Origin: Pelagomonas calceolata
Lineage: Eukaryota
Direction of reading: 5' to 3'
Assembly: GCA_918797485.1 (NCBI GenBank)
Contig: CAKKNE010000001.1
Coordinates: 806,001 to 870,000 of the forward strand
Length of the DNA: 64,000 bases
Shown here piece by piece: positions 51,592 to 61,470 of the stretch. The number at the start of each line of letters is the position of its first letter. Positions within the stretch are counted from its first letter, which is position 1. Both the position numbers and the translations under genes were made by a program. The notes under the pieces were generated by a model that was given only the letters and a program-made list of their open reading frames with translations, searched no databases and had not been told where the DNA came from.

Positions 51592-53256
51592 TTAGTACGC
51601 CCCATCGTCGTCCCCCCCCGGACACAACCCATCAGGATTCACGGCCAACCACAGCGACTGCCCCAAACTGAACGCGATCGCGCCGAAGAAGAGGACGTAG
51701 AAGAGCCACGGACCGAGCGACGACTTTCGGTCATCGCACTGCGCCTTCGTCGCGTCCACACTATCGGGCAGCAGACAAATGCCGCCCGGCGTCCGCGCAT
51801 ATATAAAAAAGATGGGCAGGATTTGTACCGCGGAACAGATGATCGTCAGCTTGAGGACCCCGGCCCACTTGCCCTCTTCTATAGCGGAATCAGACACGTC
51901 CGTCACACACGTCAAGTACGTGCCCAGCTGATAGCCGGCCTCCGTCGCGACGTTCTGCCACGTCGACAGCAACGCGTAGACGGTACCTTCCGCGCCAGCC
52001 GGGATCATGGGGAAGAACATAATGCACATCGGCATGAACGCGACATTTTGTACAAAGGCCACGACGACCGTGTCGCCCATGGCGAAGGCGTAGGGGGAAA
52101 AAATACCCGTCTTCTTCAGCACCAGTAACACTTGCAAAAAGGAGAAGACGACCACCACAAAGGTCACCCAGAGATACAACTGCCTCCACGAACTTCGGAA
52201 GAAGAACTTCTCGTAGGCCCAGAGACCCGCCACACTTAATAGTGCTCCCGCAAACGCGAGCATGCCGTAGCCAAAATTCGTGAAGTTCAACCCGAGAAAC
52301 AGGAAATTGTTCCAGGCCGGGTTCGCGATGAAACAGAAGTTGTAAAAAAATAAAAACATCAATGGAATCCAGACGCCGTCGTGCCGCAGGAACTCAAAGG
52401 TCTCCTCCCATAACGTTCGTATATCTCCTGCTACTCCGGTAGTTCTTATGGGTAGCTCGTACATCGTCAATAGTAGAGGCAGTACCGTCACCAGTATTAA
52501 TGCCGACTGGATCCAGAACAAGGATGCTAATTCTAACCCCCAGGCCCAGCATCCTGAATCTGCACAAGTCGGGCCGTTGAAGAGGCAACTTCCAGCTAAG
52601 GCTCCCAGCGCCATGCCCACGGCGCGGACGTAGTACGCGTGCGTCCGCATCCGGCCCTTATTGTTGGCATCTTCGCCGACCTGCGAGCATTCTAGGATGA
52701 GGGCGTCCGCCACGACGTCCGCGAGCATGAAGCCCGCCGTGTAGCCAAAAGACAGAAGTAATATTGCCGTGGAGTCGGGCGTTCCGAGTATTGCCAACCA
52801 AAGATTGCATATGACATAAATCAGCCATCCTAAAAGGTAGTATGAACGTCTATGGACCCCTAACAAAGGTACTAAATCGGTCTGCAATCCATAAAAGAAC
52901 TTGAGGCACCATGGGAGATATGTCAAAGCAGCATAAGTATTGACCGTCGCCGGCGATGCTCGTAATGTTTCAACTAAGTAATAAGTTACCGGTGTGGCCC
53001 CCATCATCAACGAGATGCCAATGTTCACGTAGTGCGATAACAGGCTCCAATTGGGCACAGCAAATAGATCGGCGAGCCACGCGTCATCAACAATTTTGTC
53101 GTCGCTTCTCCACCAAAAGTCCTCGATCTTGTGCGGGTCGAGGGGCTGCCTGTACCTTGTTGCGAGCCAGCGCCGCCAGTCGTCGTAGTGGAACCGTGGG
53201 CTGGTCTTGCTCCGCAGGAGCAGGGCCTCGCGCTCCTTGTCGTCGGCGTCGTCCAT
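51592..53256 (-). CDS. Folate-biopterin transporter (BT1, MFS)
   Basis: LPWCLKFFYGLQTD, RRSYY, ADVVADAL, GAEGTVYALLST; multiple TM helices. Confidence 0.88.
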   Translation of the reverse strand: MDDADDKEREALLLRSKTSPRFHYDDWRRWLATRYRQPLDPHKIEDFWWRSDDKIVDDAWLADLFAVPNWSLLSHYVNIGISLMMGATPVTYYLVETLRASPATVNTYAALTYLPWCLKFFYGLQTDLVPLLGVHRRSYYLLGWLIYVICNLWLAILGTPDSTAILLLSFGYTAGFMLADVVADALILECSQVGEDANNKGRMRTHAYYVRAVGMALGALAGSCLFNGPTCADSGCWAWGLELASLFWIQSALILVTVLPLLLTMYELPIRTTGVAGDIRTLWEETFEFLRHDGVWIPLMFLFFYNFCFIANPAWNNFLFLGLNFTNFGYGMLAFAGALLSVAGLWAYEKFFFRSSWRQLYLWVTFVVVVFSFLQVLLVLKKTGIFSPYAFAMGDTVVVAFVQNVAFMPMCIMFFPMIPAGAEGTVYALLSTWQNVATEAGYQLGTYLTCVTDVSDSAIEEGKWAGVLKLTIICSAVQILPIFFIYARTPGGICLLPDSVDATKAQCDDRKSSLGPWLFYVLFFGAIAFSLGQSLWLAVNPDGLCPGGDDDGAY

Positions 53257-53643
53257 GCCTGGCCGCGCGGGCAGCCCCCGGCCGGCGCAAGTGTGTCGCA
53301 GAAATGGCTGTTGGGCTGCTCGACGGCGTGCGAGGGCTGCAGGAAAAGCTTTGCGCAGCTCATCGAAACCAAGGGTTCGGGTTCGGGTTTTGTGTGTTCC
53401 AGCCCTCCTCCCACGGAGCAGGACGTCTGCCGGCGCGCAACCTTGGATGGCTCTTTGCATAAATCGTGGCCCACCGAGGCGCGACGCTCTCCTTGGAGGC
53501 AGGGAGAGCTGCCATTTTAAAGTGCTATAACTCTCACGCGGAGATCGCATCGATGGACAGCGATTTCTGATTATATAGTAGCACACGCGGCCGCCGCAAA
53601 TCCGTGAGTTGCAGCCGCCTAGACGAGGTCTGGCTGCGACAAA

Positions 53644-54780
53644 ATGCCGCGCAAGCGCAAGCAACCGCGCGACGGCGGCGCCTGGCGCAAGTATGCGCTG
53701 CTCGCAGCATTGGTCGCAGCGCTGTGGGCGCGCACGCCGTCGGCGCCGGCCCGGCGCTTGGAACGGCAGCTCCAAACGGGCCGCGCTCTCTTCGAGGCGG
53801 GCAATTGGAGGGATGCAGTGGCGGCGCTCGATTTGAGGAAGCAAGCGGCCGCTCTGAGGACTGACGCCGAGCGGCGCCTGTTCTGGCCGCGATTGCATGA
53901 GGCGGCGGCGCACCGCGCGCAGAGCGCGCTGCGGGCCGCTGATCTAGCAGACACAGCTGCCGCGCGACGCCGAGGCGTCGAGCAGGCCGTGAGCCTCTTC
54001 GAGGCCGCGCTGGCGATGGACGAAAACGCGTACGCGTTCCTCGACTTCGTCTACGACGCGTGCCGCGCCTACTGGCGGTTAGAGAGGGTCGAGGCGGCGG
54101 ACGCCTTGTTTGAAGCGGCGCGGTCGAAGTCCGACGCGTTCCCCTGGACCACGCCGCGGCAGATGCCGTGCTGCGGCGCGCTCGCGCGGCTGCCCGTCGC
54201 AAATGAAAGACCGTGGCACGCAGTCGACGCGTACGACCTCACTCGCATACTCCGAGACCACACGCACGACATTCGACGCGAGTTCATGAATGCGAACCTC
54301 GACCGTTTAGTGAGCGCGTCCCCGGAGGGCCACGGCGCCGAGTTTACCAGAGACGCGACGGGTCGTAAACCGTGGCGCGAGCTCGTCTTGTACGACGGCG
54401 AAAATGAAGGCTGGGACGCGGAAACCTGTGAAGCGTTCCCGAAGACGTGTTCGCTACTGCGCGACGCGCCGTCCTTAATAACGGTGCCGGCAGCGGCGCC
54501 AAAACCGCGCTACTGTTGTCGGGTGAGCGTGCTGCGGCTCGCGCCCGGCGCGCGCGTCAACGTCCACACCGCTCCGACGAACGTGCGTCTGAAGGCCCAC
54601 CTGGTCCTCTCTACACCACCGGGAGCCTTCTTATCGGTGGCGGGCGAGCGTCGGAACTACTCCGAGGACGAGGTGCTGGTCTTCGACGACTCCTTCTTCC
54701 ACGCGGCCGAGAACGGGCATGAAACTGAGGCGCGGTATGTGCTTTCTGTGGACTTTTGGAAGCCCGGGCTGCTGTTGTAA
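53644..54780 (+). CDS. Aspartyl/asparaginyl beta-hydroxylase-like 2OG oxygenase with TM and TPR-like region
   Basis: CEAFPKT, LAPGARVNVHTAPTNVRLKAHL, VFDDSFFH, RYVLSVDFW. Confidence 0.87.
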   Translation: MPRKRKQPRDGGAWRKYALLAALVAALWARTPSAPARRLERQLQTGRALFEAGNWRDAVAALDLRKQAAALRTDAERRLFWPRLHEAAAHRAQSALRAADLADTAAARRRGVEQAVSLFEAALAMDENAYAFLDFVYDACRAYWRLERVEAADALFEAARSKSDAFPWTTPRQMPCCGALARLPVANERPWHAVDAYDLTRILRDHTHDIRREFMNANLDRLVSASPEGHGAEFTRDATGRKPWRELVLYDGENEGWDAETCEAFPKTCSLLRDAPSLITVPAAAPKPRYCCRVSVLRLAPGARVNVHTAPTNVRLKAHLVLSTPPGAFLSVAGERRNYSEDEVLVFDDSFFHAAENGHETEARYVLSVDFWKPGLLL

Positions 54781-55062
54781 GTGTTTTTTGTGACTCTTTT
54801 GTGTTTCGGCGGCGTTTTCTGTGGGGTCTGGACACGTCTCCGAAATCTAGTATGTAACCTCACGCTAGCCCCGTTTGCGTGCTTTTGCTTTTGAGCCCCG
54901 AGCAAGCCGTGCAAGAGTTGTCGCTGTGACTTGAGCACTGCCAAGCGCACACTGCCACCACGCGGAGCCAGCGAGTGCGAAACCTGCCAGCCACCGGGTG
55001 CAGCCTCGCTGCAGCAGCACACCTCGCTGCACACGTGCCACAGGCTATAACGCCCGCTAACC

Positions 55063-56052
55063 ATGCGCACCCGGCACGCTTTCGCCGCCGCGCTCGCCGC
55101 CCTGGCCTCCGCCGAGCTCATCGACGACAACGGCGTGCAGTGGGGCGTGACGCGCGCGTACGCCGAGGCGAAAGCAAAAGACTGCCTCGCGTCCCTCAGG
55201 GCGACGGCGTGGCACGCGCAGACGGAAAGAGCTCTCAAAAACCACCCCTTCGTCAAGGCGGCGGAGCGCGGCCGGTTGCCGTTGCAAGCCTTGCAGCGTT
55301 TTGTGGGAGAGCAGCGTTTCATCCAAGCGAACGATGCCGCTTCCTTCGCGCAGCTCGCGGGGTCCGACTGGCGGCCCACGGCGGCCGGTCTGCTAGATCT
55401 GTGGCGGAATACGCCACCGGATAATTTGAAGGGGCTCTTCGGCACTTTATTAAAGGGCGAGCTCGCCGCCGCGCCGCTCCTGCAGCGACTAATCCACGCG
55501 ACGGGTTTAGATTATGACGCCCACGGCCGGTCGGAAGACGGGACGTTCTTCGCGCCGGAACCGCGCGCGCAGGCTTATGGGGCGTACTGGGCCTTGTTGG
55601 CGCCCGTGTGGAAATCACCCTGCTCGATGGCGTGGAGTTTCCACGCCGTCGACGCGACGTTTGTAACCTAACTCACCGGTCGATTTCCACGCAGGCTGGC
55701 GCGGGACGGCAAGCGCGCGGCCGCCGCGGCCGCGGCGGCCGTGAACTTCCCGGCCTGGGGCGACGCGTGCCGGCGCGTGCTCCACGGGCTGCGCAAGGAC
55801 GAACACATGAAAAACGAACTCAAGAAGCGCGGCCTCGCGGAGTACCAGGAGGGCCTCGCGTTTCTGGCCTTCTTCGCGGAGCCGCTCCCAAACCTCGAGG
55901 ACATGGCGCTTTCTATATTAGCGGACGACTTCGAGAAGAACGGCGCCTGCGAGCTGATCCAGGACGACGTCCGGACGCTGCAGGCCTACGAGGTCGACTT
56001 CTGGGACGCCGTCTGGAAGCCGTCCCATCATGCGTCGCGCGGGGAGCTCTAA
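55063..56052 (+). CDS. TenA/Thi-4 (heme-oxygenase-like fold) protein with signal peptide; exons 55063-55595, 55695-56052
   Basis: NHPFVKAAERGRLP, FVGEQRFIQAND, AQAYGAY, VNFPAWG, AYEVDFWDAV. Confidence 0.75.
55596..55694 (+). mobile_element. Introner-type intron (99 nt, contains an in-frame stop)
   Basis: TSD GTTGGCGC / GCTGGCGC (7/8); TIR CCGTGTGGAAATC / GATTTCCACGCAG; internal hairpin 55624-55652. Confidence 0.9.
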
Positions 56053-56146
56053 AGAATCGTAATTTAATACGGGGGATTGATGATGGGCTTGTTGATGGAC
56101 GAGTCTGCGCCTACTCCCAGATGCCGACGCCCCAGTTCCTCTTGGC

Positions 56147-56947
56147 CTATCCGATAGGCCCAAAGGGGAAGAAGGGGAAGCAGCAACCATTGCCACCTCC
56201 AGAGTTGCCGAAGCGGAGGTTGCGGCGCAAGTTGCCCGGATCCTCCCCGAACCCGAGCGGCTCGAGCCCGTAGATGCACAAGATTGGGGGCCCCGGTGGG
56301 GGGGTGTCGTCGAGGCGCCGCCCTCCTGCCTCGGCTTGCTCGACTAGCTTGCGGTTGAATGGACTGATATTCCACTCTTCCGGGCCTAAGCCTTCGCAGT
56401 CCGCGGACGTGGAGCACTGGATATTCTCGGGGCAGTAGCCGTCGATGAACCATTGCGGGGCACCACCAACTGCTTCGAGGCGCCGCCCGCCCGACGGGAG
56501 GCTCGCCGGGCCCAGCAGCGTGCGCTTCGAGTCCGGATGGGCGTCGACGCGGTGCTCGTAGACCGAGTTGTCGTACGTGATGTGCGTGCCGGCCTCAATA
56601 GGAATGCGGTGCTCCGCGCCGCTCTTGGTGTCGACGAGGACGAAATCGGCCGGCGGGCCCGCGACCCCTAGGTAGTAAATGTCGACCTTGCCGGGAGCGT
56701 CGCTTCCGGCCTTGAACCTGTCCTGGTGCTGCTTGACCGGGCCTTGCGCCTGCTTGGCGGGCACTTCAGCGCCCTCCTCGCGACCGAATAACTTGGCCAC
56801 TGCGCCCGGCATCTTGATGACGCTCGCCGACGCCGCCTCGGCGGCCAGGCGCTGCGTGGTCGCCTCGTCGACGGCGTTCTTGGTGGCCTTGTGACGCGTC
56901 GACGCGTGCGCGCCGCCGTGCAGGGCGAGGAGGAGGAGGAGCTTCAT
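56147..56947 (-). CDS. Secreted protein: 2OG-Fe(II) oxygenase-like domain plus Cys-rich C-terminal tail
   Basis: Signal peptide; HQD...EHRV...KRTLLGP pattern; GGRRL twice; six Cys in the tail. Confidence 0.65.
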   Translation of the reverse strand: MKLLLLLALHGGAHASTRHKATKNAVDEATTQRLAAEAASASVIKMPGAVAKLFGREEGAEVPAKQAQGPVKQHQDRFKAGSDAPGKVDIYYLGVAGPPADFVLVDTKSGAEHRIPIEAGTHITYDNSVYEHRVDAHPDSKRTLLGPASLPSGGRRLEAVGGAPQWFIDGYCPENIQCSTSADCEGLGPEEWNISPFNRKLVEQAEAGGRRLDDTPPPGPPILCIYGLEPLGFGEDPGNLRRNLRFGNSGGGNGCCFPFFPFGPIG

Positions 56948-57261
56948 CGTGATAGCCTGCGGCGCGCGCGGGGCGTGAAGGTTACATGACACAGTGAGAC
57001 CAGCAGTACGAGAGCGAGAAAAGCCGTGGCGACCCCGTTGCAAACCGACACGTCCAGGCGACGTTTGAATGTGAAAATGACGACGCCGCGGCCGCGCTTT
57101 TGCCCTGTTTCCCAAATCTGACTGAAGCTACCATGAGGCCGACCCGCAAAAATTAATTCAGCAACCGTCCATACACCGTTCAGCGCCCTATGTACGCGTA
57201 GCCAGTGGTACGGTCGTCGCCAGAGAGCGTTTAGAACAACTACTTACCCCGCGCGGCGACT

Positions 57262-57314
57262 CGACGGCACCGTCAGATCACCCGCGGCGAACCGACGGCT
57301 CCGTCAGATCACCC
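57262..57314. repeat. 22-bp direct repeat spanning a stop codon
   Basis: CGACGGC(A/T)CCGTCAGATCACCC at 57262-57283 and 57293-57314. Confidence 0.85.
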
Positions 57315-58399
57315 CGTACGCCAGCGCCGCCTCGCCCTCCGACTCCGACGAACCGGCCAGCAGCGCGTCCAACTCGTCCTCCAAGCCCTCGGTCATCGTC
57401 TCGAGGACCGCCGACACGGAGTAGGCGCCCGACGTCGGGTCCCAAATATCCCGGAGCACCCGCAAACACGCCACGAGCGCGAAGGTCAGGGCCCCGAACC
57501 CGTGCGCCTCGAAGACGACGGACACGCCCGGCGCGTAGCCCGCCACCGCCAAGACGAATGAAGCGAGGATGCCGCCCCCGAGCGTGTACAACAGTGCGAA
57601 CTGGACGCCGGGAAGCTTCCGCTGCAGGGCACCTAACCGTCGAGCTCGCGCCGCGCGCGCGTCCTTGACGGACTCGTAGACGTGCGTCGACGGCAGGCCC
57701 ACAGAAGACGCGTAGAGCAGCTCCTCGAGGGGATCCCGAAAAACGATTTGGGTCGTGTTGACCTGTGTGCATCTACGTTACGCCGCGACCCGATAAGTTA
57801 AGGACGCCGCTGCAAACGGGCGCGCCGATCGTGAGCCTCTTGGCGGGCCCGCGCCGCGGGTCGCCGACGTCCTGCTCGAGGTCGCCGACGTAGCGCCGGA
57901 AGGCCCGGAGGGCGCTGCGACACCGCGGCTCGCCCGGCCCGCCCAGGACCAGGACGAGCTGCTCCAGTAAAGAACGGGCACAGGACACCTCCGCATAGAC
58001 CGCGAGGTGCGCCGCCTCCTGCTGTTCATATAGAGCGGTGAAGGTGTTCGATGCGACCACCGAGAAGAGGAGACCTAGCACGCCGGGCACGGTCTTGGCT
58101 AGGTCGGAATTGCCTATTAACATGGCCGTCTTTCTCCCGAGCACGTTGTGCGTGAATTGAGCTAAAGGCGCGAAGGCTATATAAGCTACCGTGCTTATTA
58201 TGGTAGTTGGGAGAAATATCCGCTTGGCCGTCTTGGTCATGGCCGATGCGAGCGTGCCTTCGCGTCGTCGTCGCGGCTTCGACGCGGGCAGCCAGGGGAC
58301 GGTGACCATGTGGCGTTTCGTTCGTGTTATTGCTTTTGGTCGGATCGGCTGCCAGGCGCTTGTCGCGGCGATGGCGTAGAGCAGCGCTAGGCGACGCAT
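57304..58399 (-). CDS. Bestrophin-like (DUF4239-like) membrane protein; exons 58399-57818, 57762-57304
   Basis: GLLFSVVASNTFTALYEQQE, YAEVS, RARRL...QRKLP, DIWDPTSGAYSV; 55-nt intron 57763-57817 ending GCACACAG (donor position less certain). Confidence 0.65.
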
Positions 58400-58900
58400 G
58401 GTTGCTCTGCCTGCGCTGCACTGCCTGCAGCCTGCTCTGTATGTGTGCTCGCTGGCCTAATCGTTCGGCACACCGGCTGGGGTGGATGTGCAGGGCTGGA
58501 AATCGATCCCCAAGCGTCTGTGAGGTGCACAGCGCGGCTGCAATGGCTCCACAAAGTTGCCATTGCTTTGGGCACGGGTTTTTCGCCGAGTCGCGACAAG
58601 GACGCGAATCTGCACTTGCGACCCGTCGCGAACCGAGTTAGAGAGCGTCGAGAGCCATGCGTCATTTGCCGCTTTTGCCGCTTTTGCTAAATGTGCTAAA
58701 AAGTTGATGGCCAGAAGGAATTTTGACGCCTTTAAACAGCCGTACTACACGCCTGTGAACGCACAGCACTTGCGCAGAGCTCGCATTAGTACTCACTTGC
58801 AGCCTCGTCCAGACGCGGCAACCCATTGCGCGGTTGTCACAGAGTCTAGCCCTCAGCGCTAAGACACAGAAAAAGCTGTAAACTCCACGTAAACGCATAA

Positions 58901-59353
58901 ATGATGCGTTTCACCGCCTTAGCATGGCTGGCGACGGCCACCTACGCCCTCACGCCCAGCCGGAAGATCAAAGTCGCGCGCAAAAATACTTTGGATTCGA
59001 GTGTCACCTTCGACGAGTATTGTAACAGCGTATTAACAACCAGTTACGCCCTCGACGAGTCTTCATACAGGTACCAAAACATCATGGATCAATGTATTGT
59101 CAACTCCGACAGCGAGTCGGCCATTGAGGACTGCCTGAAGCTCACGAAGCAGTTCGAGATCGTCGACGTGCCGCCCCTGGACACGAAGATGGCGGCCAAC
59201 CGCGCCCAGGCGCAGCTCGAGACGCTCGCCTCCGAAAAGAACCCGCTCGCGGCCCCGATCCACCTCGAGTACTACGCCTTGCTCGCTTTGGTCGTCATCC
59301 TCTACGTGGACATCCTGGACGTGGCCGGGATCGTCGCGCGCTTCCAGCACTAG
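58901..59353 (+). CDS. Hypothetical protein with signal peptide and C-terminal TM
   Basis: ATG ORF with coding-like GC3; Cys pair in DQCIVNSDSESAIEDCL. Confidence 0.65.
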   Translation: MMRFTALAWLATATYALTPSRKIKVARKNTLDSSVTFDEYCNSVLTTSYALDESSYRYQNIMDQCIVNSDSESAIEDCLKLTKQFEIVDVPPLDTKMAANRAQAQLETLASEKNPLAAPIHLEYYALLALVVILYVDILDVAGIVARFQH

Positions 59354-59421
59354 GCACAGTGCTTACAGAACTCCGCCGGTCCCGAAGGATCGCGCGCTAA
59401 ACCTATCTTGTGATTCTTCAT

Positions 59422-60298
59422 TCAACTGCCATTAAACACGGGGTCCCGCCCCTCGGCGAACGCTCTCAGCCCCTCCTGGTAGTCGCGCGAATCGAAGCAT
59501 TCCTGATACCTCGCATCCGCCATGAAGCGCCCGTCCTTGCCGCGGCGCCCGCGCATCATCGCTTTGGCGGCTCGTTGCACCAACGGCGCCAGCGAGGCGA
59601 TCTCCGCCGCGGCCGCCTCGGCCGCGGCGGCAGCGTCGCTCGCCGCAACCTGTGCATAAATCAAATTCTCGCGAACCGCTGTCGACGCGACATCTGCTCG
59701 ACGGCGTAGAGGGGTTGATTTATGCACCGGCTGCAACGACGCGGTGCACGAGGCCGAGCTGCTTCGCCTCGGACGCGTCGATCACGCGCGCGGTCAGGAT
59801 GAGTTCCGACGCGGCGCTCCTTCCGACGGTATCGACGAGCGGCTCCAATAAATGCCGCGGGTAGCCGAGCCCGAGTTTGGCCGGAGGCACGCAAAACGTG
59901 GCGTCATCCGCGGCCACGCGGACGTCGGCCATGAGCATCAAATTCAACGCCGAGCCGTAGCAGTTGCCCCGCACCAGCGCGACGAGCGGTATGTCCAAAT
60001 CCCTCAATGATTCGGCGGCCTTTATCTCGACGGCGTCCCACTCCTCGGCCTGGTAGCTGTCGGCGCGCAACGTGGCGAACTCCGAGATGTCGCTGCCCGC
60101 CGAAAAATGCGCGCCAGCACCCTCGAGGAGCGCCACCCGGCCGCTGTTCGCATCGGCCGCGATCCTCGGGAGCTGGCGGTACATGTCGAGCGTGAGCGCG
60201 TTGCGCTTTGCTGGGTGGTCAATAGCAATACGTCTTAGTGATCCCTCGGGCGTGACGCGGAATTGTCCAGCGCTGAAGCGGCGCACTGCGCGGTGCAT
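59422..60298 (-). CDS. Enoyl-CoA hydratase/isomerase family, probably mitochondrial; exons 60298-59738, 59649-59422
   Basis: PAKRNALT, FSAGSDISEF, PPAKLGLGY, SRDYQEGLRAFAEGRDPVF. Confidence 0.9.
59650..59737 (-). mobile_element. Introner-type intron (88 nt), second TIR variant
   Basis: Minus strand: TSD GTTGCAGC / GTTGCGGC (7/8); TIR CGGTGCATAAATCAA / TTGATTTATGCACAG (14/15). Confidence 0.9.
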
Positions 60299-60714
60299 CG
60301 TTACTGGGTCTGCTCGATGGCGTAGAGGTTGACGAGACGACCGCTGTGGTGTGCAGCGGGCAGCTGCAGTGATTTGCAAGCTCTGGCGTGCTCCGATCGA
60401 TACGCCTCTAGAAGCTGGCGTGTCGAGCCATTCCTAGTGTGTCGATGACGCTAGCTCTGGCCACTGTTTTTGGCCGCGTCGGCTCTCGCTTTTTGGCCGT
60501 CCGCGTCGGCTCGCGCGTGCTCTGCGTTATAAGGGACTCCAACGGTCCCCTCGGTCAGGCGCTCGACGTCAGAGCTATTGGTTTGAGCGGCGAGCGCCTG
60601 TGACTCGGGGTTTCATTTATTTTCATCAATCGGGCTGGACGCGCGCGCGGCGCCGCGCGGCCTCGTCGACCCCACTAAACGCGCGCCGCCGACGCGTCCC
60701 GGCGTCGCAGCGCC

Positions 60715-61119
60715 ATGGTCGTCAAAAAAGTCGCCGCCGCGCCGGCCGCCGAGACGAAGGTCGCGCCCGGCTTCGAGGGCGGCGAGCCGCTGACGCTGAG
60801 CAACTCGCGGGGCCTCAAAAGTGCCCTCAAATTCTTCGTCAAGATCGGTTTATTCTTAGAGTTCAGGCGCATCCCGGGCAAGCTCGGCGACGGCGACGGC
60901 GCCGACGCGAAACGCGCCGTTATTTTATTCTTGCTCTTCTGCCTCTTCTTCCTCGAGGCGCTGACGCTCGCCGTCGCATCAAAAGCCTGGAGCGGCCTCA
61001 CGGGTGCCATCGGCCAGCAGGCGGCTTTGATTTTACTCGGCGCGGCTCTTTTGGGGGCCACGACGCTGCTCGAGCCGCCGGAGGTGCCGGTACGGGGCAT
61101 CGGCGAGTGGAGCGACTGA
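60715..61119 (+). CDS. Small hypothetical membrane protein
   Basis: ATG ORF of 134 aa with two hydrophobic segments. Confidence 0.6.
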   Translation: MVVKKVAAAPAAETKVAPGFEGGEPLTLSNSRGLKSALKFFVKIGLFLEFRRIPGKLGDGDGADAKRAVILFLLFCLFFLEALTLAVASKAWSGLTGAIGQQAALILLGAALLGATTLLEPPEVPVRGIGEWSD

Positions 61120-61470
61120 CCTCGCGCGCACGGAAATCACAGTGTACATAGAACGAAGATACCACGCGGCACCCGGCGTCCGTCACAAGACTTCCTGGCC
61201 ACGCGGTCGATGACGAAAAATGTTTTGAGCTTGAACACTGATAATGGAAAGCTCTAGGCACGTGATTGAAAATCAAAAACAAACTTCCTCTATCATCTCC
61301 GAGACCGCGCTCGCGCGCGAACGCCCTCGCCACACGACGACCACGCGCGCCGACACGAGCACTCCCGCGCAGGTCTCGAGAGTGAGGACGCTTTCGACCC
61401 TCCTACCCCCGAGAATCTAATAAAACAATCGTAGGAGGAGAAGGGGAGTTACACACGGATGAGAGAGGAC

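Noticed and set aside
51592..53913. 773-aa ORF as the full transporter
   Set aside because: The 5' part overlaps the divergent AspH-like gene and promoter; the likely start is ATG 53256.
57238..57252. TACTTACC resembling the U1 snRNA 5' end
   Set aside because: No downstream U1 stem-loops or Sm site.
12798..59737. Split ORFs as pseudogenes or programmed frameshifts
   Set aside because: Each break is resolved by a GT/GC-AG intron that restores conserved motifs.
61200..61270. Possible C/D snoRNA or SECIS (ATGACGA...CTGA)
   Set aside because: No terminal stem, no clear D box or rRNA-antisense guide, and no adjacent in-frame TGA selenoprotein candidate.
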